Assembly: GCA_902624455.1 (NCBI GenBank)
Contig: CACNXQ010000003.1
Coordinates: 39,029-103,028 of the forward strand
Length of the DNA stretch: 64,000 nucleotides
Direction: 5' to 3'
Origin: an uncultured Pelagibacteraceae bacterium
GTDB taxonomy: Bacteria > Pseudomonadota > Alphaproteobacteria > Pelagibacterales > AG-422-B15
Shown: piece after piece, positions 28,031 to 35,610 of the stretch
Position numbering within the stretch: position 1 is the stretch's first letter
Layout: every line of letters starts with the position of its first letter
The notes under the pieces: generated by a model
Told to the model about the DNA's origin: nothing
Database searches by the model: none
Seen by the model: the letters and a program-made list of their open reading frames with translations, nothing else
Translations under genes and position numbers: made by a program

Positions 28031-28630
28031 TTATTGGTACTTATAGTAATTTTCAAGAGATATATCTCCGCTCCACCTCCAACAAGCAATTAAATGCTCA
28101 TCGGTTGTTCTATTTGCATGCATAGCCATCGATGGATGAAAGACATATTCCCCAATTATTTTCTCTCTTTCTTCATTATCTTCGAGTTGCCAAAAGCTTT
28201 TTCCTGATAAAGTATAAAAAGTTTCCTCAGCAGGATGTCTCCTTTTAGGGTAATTAACATTTGGTAATTGAAGAAATACGCCTAATTCAAACTCTTCTGT
28301 ATAAAGGAGTGAGTGAGGACCCACTAACTCAGTCATGATCATTTGGCTCTTTAGATCATCATCAATTCTTCCACCCATATCTGTTTGATACCATGGCAAA
28401 AGATGTGAAATTTTTCTTACTTCCTTTACAAGAGGGTGCTCATTTTCAACTTCAAATGAATTAAAAATCCGTGACAGTGACTTTGAGTTTTCTTGCTCAT
28501 TTAGTTTTATAGACTGACAATTGGCACTGTATAAGAATTTAGCAGTTTCTTTCGCATCTTTATTGTCTTCATGGCTATATATTTCAGCAAGATGCTGTAT
28601 ACAATTCTCAAATATCTCTAATTCATTCAT
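28031..28630 (-). CDS. Cupin-domain protein (possibly DddQ-like DMSP-lyase family; tentative)
   Basis: 199 aa. Cupin motifs YPKRRHPAEETFYTLSGKSFWQ and VFHPSMAMHANRT. Family assignment is from motif memory only. Confidence 0.45.
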   Translation of the reverse strand: MNELEIFENCIQHLAEIYSHEDNKDAKETAKFLYSANCQSIKLNEQENSKSLSRIFNSFEVENEHPLVKEVRKISHLLPWYQTDMGGRIDDDLKSQMIMTELVGPHSLLYTEEFELGVFLQLPNVNYPKRRHPAEETFYTLSGKSFWQLEDNEEREKIIGEYVFHPSMAMHANRTTDEHLIACWRWSGDISLENYYKYQ

Positions 28631-28637
28631 AAAATAA

Positions 28638-28760
28638 TTACTGAAAAGGAAAAATTAAGAAGTCTTTTGTATCAAATACAATTGAGAAAATCCCACTTAT
28701 TATAAAAATAATTCCAATAAAGATTACAATTTTTTTAACTAATTTTTTTAAATCGAACAT
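28638..28760 (-). CDS. Possible 40-aa single-TM small protein
   Basis: Hand translation: MFDLKKLVKKIVIFIGIIFIISGIFSIVFDTKDFLIFPFQ*. Fills the gap between the DUF3299 gene and the cupin gene. Below the ORF-track length cutoff. Confidence 0.25.
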   Translation of the reverse strand: MFDLKKLVKKIVIFIGIIFIISGIFSIVFDTKDFLIFPFQ

Positions 28761-28775
28761 TCCAATAAATTATTA

Positions 28776-29246
28776 TTACCAATCAAAGAAGCCATGAGTT
28801 CCGGTTTCTCCTCTATAGAACTCAATATCATTTGCATATAAAGCATAACCAACAACAGCGAGTTCATCAAAATCTTGGTTTTCTATCTTTAATGTTCCTG
28901 TTACATACACGGGTTCCCACCATTCAATAGCATCCCATGGTTTTTTGGAGTCAACATATACTATCTGATTAGGAGGTGGTGGGGGAACATGAATACAAGC
29001 TCCAATATAAGGAACAAGAAGAAACGTATTTATTTCTCTTCCGTAATATTCTAAAGGAATCACGTAACCAGGCAATTTCACTTCTTTATCTTCTAAACTT
29101 TTATTAAATTTTACTTCATCTGGAGAAAAAACAGTTGTCCAAGGAATCAAGTCATCCCAGTCAATGACCTTAGGGGAACCGAAAGACATAGTGATAAAAA
29201 GAAATAAGAAAAGAGCAGTAAGAATTTTAAGTTTAAATATTTTCAT
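28776..29246 (-). CDS. zrgD: DUF3299-family periplasmic protein (ZrgD-like)
   Basis: Start set at ATG 29246 (MKIFKLKILTALFLFLFITMSFG signal), sharing 1 nt with the permease stop. CIHVPPPPPNQ motif. Sits downstream of the FtsX-type ABC pair, as in Zrg loci. Confidence 0.65.
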   Translation of the reverse strand: MKIFKLKILTALFLFLFITMSFGSPKVIDWDDLIPWTTVFSPDEVKFNKSLEDKEVKLPGYVIPLEYYGREINTFLLVPYIGACIHVPPPPPNQIVYVDSKKPWDAIEWWEPVYVTGTLKIENQDFDELAVVGYALYANDIEFYRGETGTHGFFDW

Positions 29247-30496
29247 TAAATTTTTATAGTCATTCCATCGTTTATTGAGAACCAATAGGCTCTTGCTGCA
29301 GGCAATAAACTCACTACCATTGCTGCAATGATAAACATTATAAAGACATACATATCCTTTATAGATAACATTTCAACGCTAACTAAAATACCGTAGTTGT
29401 TGTCAATCCAAGGTTGTAAGATAGCTAATGAGAAAAAAAGTAAAACCGTACTTATTATAACACTTAACATGGAGATAAAGAATGCTTCTAACATCAGTAA
29501 ACCTATGATTGTTCTCGGTGTCGCACCCATAGCTCTCCAAATAGCCATCTCTCGTCTTCGCTCATTAAGACTGGAAAATATGATTGCGGTCATCCCAATT
29601 AATGTTGTGAATATCACAACTACAGATATCCCAAGTAATAAATTTTCAACAACACCAACAACTCTCCATAATTCTTGAAGTGCGGCACCTGGAAGAATGG
29701 CAGTCAGAGCTTCTTCTGGATAGTCATTTATCCAACGCTGAAGATAAAAAATAGATAATTTTGATTTTACTCCAACTAGTGCTGCAGTAATATTTTTTGG
29801 AGTAAGATCCATCTGTCTTATTTCTTCAATTGGAGTTTGTTGGCCTGGTATTTTTGCTCCTGTTGACCAATCCACGTGTATAGCTTCAATTGCCGCTAAA
29901 CTTACTATGACGGTATTATCTACTGGTGTCCCTGTTTTTTGTAGTATACCTGACACTCTGAACGGTTGATCGTCGTGTTTGGTAAAAGATTCCAGTCCAT
30001 GTGATACTATAAGTGGAGTACTTATATCGTATCCTAATTTCTCCGCGACTCCTGAACCTAGAACAACATCATAGAGATCCTCAAATAAAAATCCTTTTTC
30101 AATTTCTATTGGCTGACCGCCTCTAAATTTGTAACGATTAAAGAATTCTTTATTCGTTCCCATCACTCTAAATCCTTTATGACTATCTCCTAGAGAAATA
30201 GGCACTGCCCAATCAACTTCATCTCTATCAATAATATCTAAATAGCTTTCCCAAGTTATATTATTTGTTGCGTTACCGATTCTAAATACTGAATACAGTA
30301 ATAATTGAACAGAACTAGCCCTTGATCCAACAATTAAATCGGTTTGAGATATTGTATCAGTAAAACTTGTATAGGCAGAAGTACGAAGTTTTTCTACACT
30401 CATATAAAGCATTAACGAGAGTGAAATAGCAAATACTGTCATACATACTGTTAAGAAACGTGCATACAAGGAATTTAGTGTTAGCTTTAATAACAT
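29246..30496 (-). CDS. zrgC: FtsX/MacB-type ABC permease (ZrgC-like)
   Basis: 416 aa. N-terminal TM, large periplasmic domain, C-terminal FtsX-like 3-TM bundle (ERRREMAIWRAMGA). Confidence 0.8.
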   Translation of the reverse strand: MLLKLTLNSLYARFLTVCMTVFAISLSLMLYMSVEKLRTSAYTSFTDTISQTDLIVGSRASSVQLLLYSVFRIGNATNNITWESYLDIIDRDEVDWAVPISLGDSHKGFRVMGTNKEFFNRYKFRGGQPIEIEKGFLFEDLYDVVLGSGVAEKLGYDISTPLIVSHGLESFTKHDDQPFRVSGILQKTGTPVDNTVIVSLAAIEAIHVDWSTGAKIPGQQTPIEEIRQMDLTPKNITAALVGVKSKLSIFYLQRWINDYPEEALTAILPGAALQELWRVVGVVENLLLGISVVVIFTTLIGMTAIIFSSLNERRREMAIWRAMGATPRTIIGLLMLEAFFISMLSVIISTVLLFFSLAILQPWIDNNYGILVSVEMLSIKDMYVFIMFIIAAMVVSLLPAARAYWFSINDGMTIKI

Positions 30497-30498
30497 GA

Positions 30499-31185
30499 TT
30501 AATTTTCTCGAACTAAAATTTCATTTATATCAATTACCTGATCAAAATAGTTTGTCAGAGACTTGTCGTGAGATACCATTAGTAATGTTGATGAATTTTT
30601 AAATATTTGATCAAACATTAAATCTAAAAATAATTCTTGAGCTTCAGTGTCCAAAGAAGAAGTGGGTTCATCTGCAACAATTATGGAGGGACTGCCAATT
30701 AGTGCTCTGGCTACTGCCACTCTTTGTTGTTGTCCTACACTTAAATTCGATGCTTTTTGGTTTAAGATAGACTCAGGCAACCTTAACTGATCACAAAGAT
30801 TCATTGCTGCATTGATTTTGTTTTCAACTTTTTTTGATCTTTGTTTTGAAAAGTAAAGAGGCAAGATAATGTTATCAATCACATTGGCATAAGGAAGCAA
30901 ATTAAATTGTTGAAATATAATTCCAATGTTATCGGATCTATACGCATCCTTATTTGTGGACGTTAGATCACTTATTATTTTGTCATTAATTGAGATTGAG
31001 CCTGATAATGGTTCAAGAAAGCCGCAAATCAGAGATAAAAGAGTAGTTTTGCCAGAGCCACTTTCTCCAAGAAATAAAACCTTTTTCCCTCTACCTACTT
31101 CAAGTTTAGGGACAAATATTTTAAAATTATTATTTTTCGACCATTGAAACCTTAGTGATTCAATTTTGACAATACTATCATCCAA
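30499..31185 (-). CDS. zrgB: ABC transporter ATP-binding protein (ZrgB-like, MacB/LolD class)
   Basis: Walker A GESGSGKTT, signature LSVGQQQRVAVARAL, Walker B IIVADEPTSSLD. TTG start directly abuts the zrgA-like stop. Confidence 0.85.
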   Translation of the reverse strand: MDDSIVKIESLRFQWSKNNNFKIFVPKLEVGRGKKVLFLGESGSGKTTLLSLICGFLEPLSGSISINDKIISDLTSTNKDAYRSDNIGIIFQQFNLLPYANVIDNIILPLYFSKQRSKKVENKINAAMNLCDQLRLPESILNQKASNLSVGQQQRVAVARALIGSPSIIVADEPTSSLDTEAQELFLDLMFDQIFKNSSTLLMVSHDKSLTNYFDQVIDINEILVREN

Positions 31186-31821
31186 CTAGATCTTACCCTT
31201 TAAGTTTATGAAAGGCTCATCACCTTCCACTTCAAAACTCGTAGAGCCCATTTCAGATACAAACTGAATTTCTAGCTCTCCAGAGTTTGGAAAAGTAGTA
31301 AAATATGTAAAGTTAATTCTGTCAATTTCTTTTACATTTCCGCATGTAAATGAGTAGTGAGCAACAAACTCATTATGAGTTTCCTCTCCATGTTCCTCAT
31401 GTTCATGCTCATCATGCTCATCGTGCTCATCATGTTCGTCATGCTCATCGTGTTCCTCATGCTCCTCATGCTCTTCATGATCATGCTCATCGTCATGATC
31501 ATCACCTTGATTAATTGCTATTTCAGCTTCAACCAAATTACAATTCGCTGCATTTGGTATTGTAAAAATATTACTAAAATCATCAAATTTTGTGAGAGCT
31601 GTATTTACTAATGAAATATCTTCATCACTTTTTGCTTTATATTCAAATCCAACAATGTCCGCTCCAGGTATCATAAACTCTAAATTTATTGAACTACCTT
31701 CGATAGCAATATTAAGCTCACCAACGCCATGTTCATGTTTGTCAACTTGCCTAGTTTCTTCTGCTGCAGCAACAGATATCATTGCAGATAAGATCAGTGA
31801 ATAATAAATACTTTTTCTCAT
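31186..31821 (-). CDS. zrgA: DUF2796-family periplasmic His-rich metal-binding protein (ZrgA-like)
   Basis: 211 aa. Signal peptide; HEHGVGELNIAIEG start typical of DUF2796; central DDHDDEHDHEEHEEHEEHDEHDEHDEHDEHDEHEHEEH tract. Confidence 0.7.
   Translation of the reverse strand: MRKSIYYSLILSAMISVAAAEETRQVDKHEHGVGELNIAIEGSSINLEFMIPGADIVGFEYKAKSDEDISLVNTALTKFDDFSNIFTIPNAANCNLVEAEIAINQGDDHDDEHDHEEHEEHEEHDEHDEHDEHDEHDEHEHEEHGEETHNEFVAHYSFTCGNVKEIDRINFTYFTTFPNSGELEIQFVSEMGSTSFEVEGDEPFINLKGKI
31375..31503 (-). repeat. In-frame His/Asp/Glu-coding short tandem repeat tract in the zrgA-like gene
   Basis: Plus-strand run of catgctcatcgtgctcatcatgttcgtcatgctcatcgtgttcctcatgctcctcatgctcttcatga... with 6-nt periodicity (HE/HD dipeptide units). 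Confidence 0.8.
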
Positions 31822-31882
31822 TTGAACTCCCTTAAAATGTTTTGAAAATTTTATTAAAAAAAATTTTAGGTGTCTAGAAAAA

Positions 31883-31897
31883 ATGTTACTTTATAAC
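31883..31897. promoter_or_regulatory. Candidate Zur box upstream of the zrgA-like operon
   Basis: TGTTACTTTATAACA matches the perfect palindrome at 33892-33906 at 13 of 15 positions. Lies 62 nt upstream of the zrgA-like start codon (31821), in the gap before the zur stop. Confidence 0.55.
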
Positions 31898-31904
31898 ATT
31901 ATGA

Positions 31905-32327
31905 TTAATGTTGAGTACTCTCAGGCTGTTTATTTTTGCAAGCTTTACAAGTTCCAAAAAATTCCAAATTATAACCATCAAACTTAATTCCATCATTATC
32001 ACTGAAATCTTTTAATTGCTTAAAAAGTTTTGGATCTTTTATTTCTGACACAATTTCACAAGAATTACAGATTGAAAAAATTGTTTTATGTGGGGTATCG
32101 CAGTCTGAAACTTTACATGCTACAAAAGAATTTTGACTTTCAACTCTATGTATTTTTCCAATCTCAATTAATTTATCTAATGCACGATAAACTTGTGGTG
32201 GAGCGTTAATACCTTTCCTTTTCACGTTTGATAAAATTGAATAAGCTTTTACAGGTTTTTTATTTTTTTGGATAAAATCTAAAACAATTTTTTGATTTTT
32301 TGATAATGGCTTATTTTTTTTATCCAT
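31905..32327 (-). CDS. zur: Zinc uptake regulator, Fur family
   Basis: Winged-helix N-domain (KAYSILSNVKRKGINAPPQVYRALDKLIEIGKIHRV) and CxxC pairs (CNSC, CKAC). Start set at ATG 32327 (MDKKNKPL). Overlaps the znuB stop by 8 nt. Confidence 0.8.
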   Translation of the reverse strand: MDKKNKPLSKNQKIVLDFIQKNKKPVKAYSILSNVKRKGINAPPQVYRALDKLIEIGKIHRVESQNSFVACKVSDCDTPHKTIFSICNSCEIVSEIKDPKLFKQLKDFSDNDGIKFDGYNLEFFGTCKACKNKQPESTQH

Positions 32328-33117
32328 AATTTTTCTTTCTGATTCCAACTAATGATAAGATAAATAAAATTAATGCAACTACAACAATTGTTGGTCCTGA
32401 AGATGTATTAATTTCAAAGGATGTATATAACCCTATAAATACCGATAATAGACCTCCAATAATTGACAAAATTACCATTTTTTTTGGGTTATTTGATAGA
32501 TTGCGGGCCATTGTTGTTGGAATAATAAGCATCCCAGTAATGAGTAATAATCCTACCATTTTTATGGATATTGCAATTAAAGCAGCTAGTAAGATCGTGA
32601 AAATAGCATTAACTCTTTCAGGGTTCATGCCTTCAGCTTCAGCAAGCTCGTAATTTACAGTAGATGCAAACAAAGGTTTCCAAATATACCACAAGACTAA
32701 CAAAATAAATGCTCCGCCAATCCATATTGCTAGTAAATCGTAAACATTTACAGATAATATGTCGCCAAATAATAACCCCATTATATCAAATCGAATAAAA
32801 GATAAAAATCCTAATACGACCATTCCAACAGCTAGTGCAGAATGAGATAGTAGACCTAACAGTGCATCATTTGGAAGATTAGTCGTTTTTTGTAACCTCA
32901 ATAATATAAGTGCAATTAAAGATGATACTGCAAATATAGTAAGGGAAATATTTAAATTGAACGCAACTGACAATAAAACACCCAATAATGCCGAATGAGA
33001 TAATGTATCTCCAAAGAATGACATTCGTCGCCAAACTACAAAACAGCCAAGTGGTCCGGTTACTAACGCAATACCAATGCCTGCCAATAAAGCTCTAAAT
33101 AAAAAATCATCAAACAT
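32320..33117 (-). CDS. znuB: Zinc ABC transporter permease ZnuB
   Basis: 265 aa ABC-3 family permease (FLFRALLAGIGIAL..GPLGCFVVWRRMSFFGDTLSHSAL). Confidence 0.9.
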   Translation of the reverse strand: MFDDFLFRALLAGIGIALVTGPLGCFVVWRRMSFFGDTLSHSALLGVLLSVAFNLNISLTIFAVSSLIALILLRLQKTTNLPNDALLGLLSHSALAVGMVVLGFLSFIRFDIMGLLFGDILSVNVYDLLAIWIGGAFILLVLWYIWKPLFASTVNYELAEAEGMNPERVNAIFTILLAALIAISIKMVGLLLITGMLIIPTTMARNLSNNPKKMVILSIIGGLLSVFIGLYTSFEINTSSGPTIVVVALILFILSLVGIRKKNYG

Positions 33118-33869
33118 TAATTTTCACTCTTTTCTATATTTCCGTCAGCAGTGTGAACATGGTCATGATCGTGTTCGTAAATAGATAATAATTGTGATGA
33201 CCTCTCACCAAATAGCTCTTTATAGTTTTTATCTTTAGCTACATCTACAGGTGATCCTGAACAGCATACATGACCATTTAAGCAAACAACATAATCAGTA
33301 GCTGACATAACAACATGTAAATCATGTGAAATAAGAAGAATTCCACAATTTAAAGTCTCTGAAATTTTTTTAATAAGCGCATATAATGCTACTTCCCCAG
33401 CAAAATCAACTCCTTGAACAGGTTCATCTAGCACTAAAAGTTCTGGTTTTTTTGCAATAGCTCTAGCAAGTAAAACTCTCTGAAACTCGCCACCAGACAA
33501 TTCTCGAATATTTCTGGACATTAAATGTTCAACGCCAGTTAAGTTTAAAGAGTATTTTATCTCATCTGACTCTAAATCTTGTGTCAGTGTCATAAAATCA
33601 ATTACTCTTAAAGGCAAGGTCCAGTCAATCAGGACTTTTTGAGGAACATATGAAATTTTATTTGTATATCTATCAACATGTCCATTTATTTTTTCGAATA
33701 GACCAAGTGCAATTTTCGCTGTAGTAGACTTACCTGACCCATTAGGACCTATAATTGTTACAATTTCTCCTTTGTGAATTTCCAAACTAACATCTTTCAC
33801 AAGCCATTTATCATTCATAAGAATGCCGGCGTTAGACATTTTCACTAAGATATTTTCATTATTACCCAT
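33117..33869 (-). CDS. znuC: Zinc ABC transporter ATP-binding protein ZnuC
   Basis: Walker A GPNGSGKST, signature LSGGEFQRVLLARA, Walker B LLVLDEPVQGVD. His-rich C-terminal tail YEHDHDHVH. Confidence 0.9.
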   Translation of the reverse strand: MGNNENILVKMSNAGILMNDKWLVKDVSLEIHKGEIVTIIGPNGSGKSTTAKIALGLFEKINGHVDRYTNKISYVPQKVLIDWTLPLRVIDFMTLTQDLESDEIKYSLNLTGVEHLMSRNIRELSGGEFQRVLLARAIAKKPELLVLDEPVQGVDFAGEVALYALIKKISETLNCGILLISHDLHVVMSATDYVVCLNGHVCCSGSPVDVAKDKNYKELFGERSSQLLSIYEHDHDHVHTADGNIEKSEN

Positions 33870-33891
33870 TTAATACTTGTCATTCAAATTA

Positions 33892-33906
33892 TGTTATATT
33901 ATAACA
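33892..33906. promoter_or_regulatory. Candidate Zur box in the divergent znuC / znuA promoter region
   Basis: Perfect 7-1-7 palindrome TGTTATA T TATAACA in the 70-bp gap between the znuC start (33869) and the znuA start (33940). Confidence 0.7.
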
Positions 33907-33939
33907 CTACACTCAATTATTTATGAAAGCAATAATACT

Positions 33940-34974
33940 ATGAAATTACAACAAAAATTAGGCATCTTATTATCATCTATATCTCTATTTTCTTTTATTT
34001 CATACGCTGAAGCAGAGCCGAAAGTTGTAACTTCTATAAAGCCTTTACATTCACTAATAAGCTATGTGATGGATGGAGTAGGTAGCCCTAATTTGCTTGT
34101 TGATGGAAGTTCCTCTCCTCATACGTTTCAACTAAAGCCCTCACATGCAACAATGCTGCAAGAAGCTGATGTGGTTTTTTGGATCGGCGAGGACTTAGAG
34201 TCTTTCTTAGAGACACCCCTTGACTCGATTGCTGTAAATGCAAGGAAAATAACATTAATGGACTCAGATCAGATTGAATTATTAAAATTTAGGGAAAAGA
34301 ATGTATTTGAAGATCATCATGACGAACACGAGGGACACGATGATCATGACGAACACGAAGGACACGATGATCATGATGAACACGAAGGACACGATGATCA
34401 TGACGAACACGAAGAACATGCTGACGGACATGACGAACACGAAGGACACGATGATCATGGCCATCATCATGGTGAATTCGACATCCACTTTTGGTTAGAT
34501 CCTGAAATCGCAAAGAGTATTGTGAAAATTGCTTCTTTAGAATTATCTAAAGTCGATCCCGCTAATCAAGCTACATATCAAACAAATGCTTCAAACGCAG
34601 TTAGTGAGCTCGATAAGTTAATCAATGACACTAGAACAAAAATAAATAGTGATGCCAAGTACATTGTTTTTCATGATGCTTATCAGTATTTTGAACAAAG
34701 ATTTGGTATCGAAGTTATTGGAGCATTAACAGTCAATCCTGAAGTGTTACCTGGCGCCAAGCAGCTTGCTGAGATCCGAGAAGTTATTGAACATGAAAAA
34801 GTTAATTGCTTATTTTCAGAGCCTCAGTTTAATCCAAGTATTGCCAATACAATTGCACAAGATACAGGTATCAAAGCAGCAGTATTAGATCCTCTTGGAG
34901 CCGAATTAGAGCCTGGAAAAGAATTATATTTCCAGCTTATAAATGATATGGTGAGTTCATTCGAAAGTTGTTAG
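33940..34974 (+). CDS. znuA: Periplasmic zinc-binding protein ZnuA with extended His-rich loop
   Basis: Start moved to ATG 33940 (MKLQQKLGILLSSISLFSFISYAEA signal). Cluster-9 SBP motifs (VVTSIKPLHSL, SPHTFQLKPS, DIHFWLDP, FHDAYQYF). His/Asp/Glu loop of about 50 aa. Confidence 0.9.
   Translation: MKLQQKLGILLSSISLFSFISYAEAEPKVVTSIKPLHSLISYVMDGVGSPNLLVDGSSSPHTFQLKPSHATMLQEADVVFWIGEDLESFLETPLDSIAVNARKITLMDSDQIELLKFREKNVFEDHHDEHEGHDDHDEHEGHDDHDEHEGHDDHDEHEEHADGHDEHEGHDDHGHHHGEFDIHFWLDPEIAKSIVKIASLELSKVDPANQATYQTNASNAVSELDKLINDTRTKINSDAKYIVFHDAYQYFEQRFGIEVIGALTVNPEVLPGAKQLAEIREVIEHEKVNCLFSEPQFNPSIANTIAQDTGIKAAVLDPLGAELEPGKELYFQLINDMVSSFESC
34315..34473 (+). repeat. In-frame 27-nt tandem repeat (HDEHEGHDD units; 3 near-perfect, 2 degenerate or displaced copies) encoding the ZnuA His-rich loop
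   Basis: catgacgaacacgaRggacacgatgat repeated at 34318, 34345 and 34372. A 30-nt variant lies at 34399 and another copy at 34429, followed by catggccatcatcat. Confidence 0.85.
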
Positions 34975-34982
34975 TATCTAAA

Positions 34983-35606
34983 TTATAAGCTTTCAAACAT
35001 TTTCTTATCATGACAGTAAGATTCTAAAGATCCTGTCCCTATATCATTCCAAATGCCATAAAGACTAATGGACTGTGTTTCCAATTCTTTTTTTATGAAT
35101 GGATAGTCACTTAAATTTTCGAGAGATGTTACAATGCTTAATTTTTCAAGTTCACCGATATTCTCTTTTTCACTTTTTTCAGATAGTTTCATATAAGCAG
35201 GTTTTAATAATTGTAACCAATTAGAAATTGAGGAATTTTCCATAAATTTATTCTCTTTGCACGCAAGGTAACCGTTCTTAATGCCGCCACAACCTGAATG
35301 GCCCATAACAACAATATTTTTGATATTCAATGCTGTAACGCCGAATTCAATAGCTGCAATTGTTCCGCTATGTTCCGTTAAATAATCATAGGGCGGAACT
35401 AAATTAGCAATATTTCTGTGTACAAAAAAATCTCCTGCTTCAGTTTTAAACATTGAGTTAGGATCAACTCTCGAGTCTACACATGAAATGATCATGTACT
35501 TAGGAAACTGACCTTCTTTTGCTAACTTTTCAAAATGAGATTTCTTTATTGAAAAAGTATCATTTTTCCATTCATAAAATTTGTCTTTTAAGTTCTGTGG
35601 AAACAT
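34983..35606 (-). CDS. Beta-class carbonic anhydrase
   Basis: 207 aa. Zinc ligand motifs SCVDSRV and GHSGCGG. Confidence 0.9.
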   Translation of the reverse strand: MFPQNLKDKFYEWKNDTFSIKKSHFEKLAKEGQFPKYMIISCVDSRVDPNSMFKTEAGDFFVHRNIANLVPPYDYLTEHSGTIAAIEFGVTALNIKNIVVMGHSGCGGIKNGYLACKENKFMENSSISNWLQLLKPAYMKLSEKSEKENIGELEKLSIVTSLENLSDYPFIKKELETQSISLYGIWNDIGTGSLESYCHDKKMFESL

Positions 35607-35610
35607 ATAA

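Noticed and set aside
34315-34473. Regularly spaced direct repeats that might be mistaken for a mini-CRISPR array
   Set aside because: The units are contiguous with no spacers, 27 nt long, in frame within znuA, and encode HDEHEGHDD. No cas genes are present anywhere in the window.
34282-34513. Three overlapping ORFs (65-74 aa) across the znuA His-rich tract
   Set aside because: They are alternative-frame or antisense readings of the 27-nt tandem repeat. The znuA frame is the only one continuous with conserved SBP motifs.
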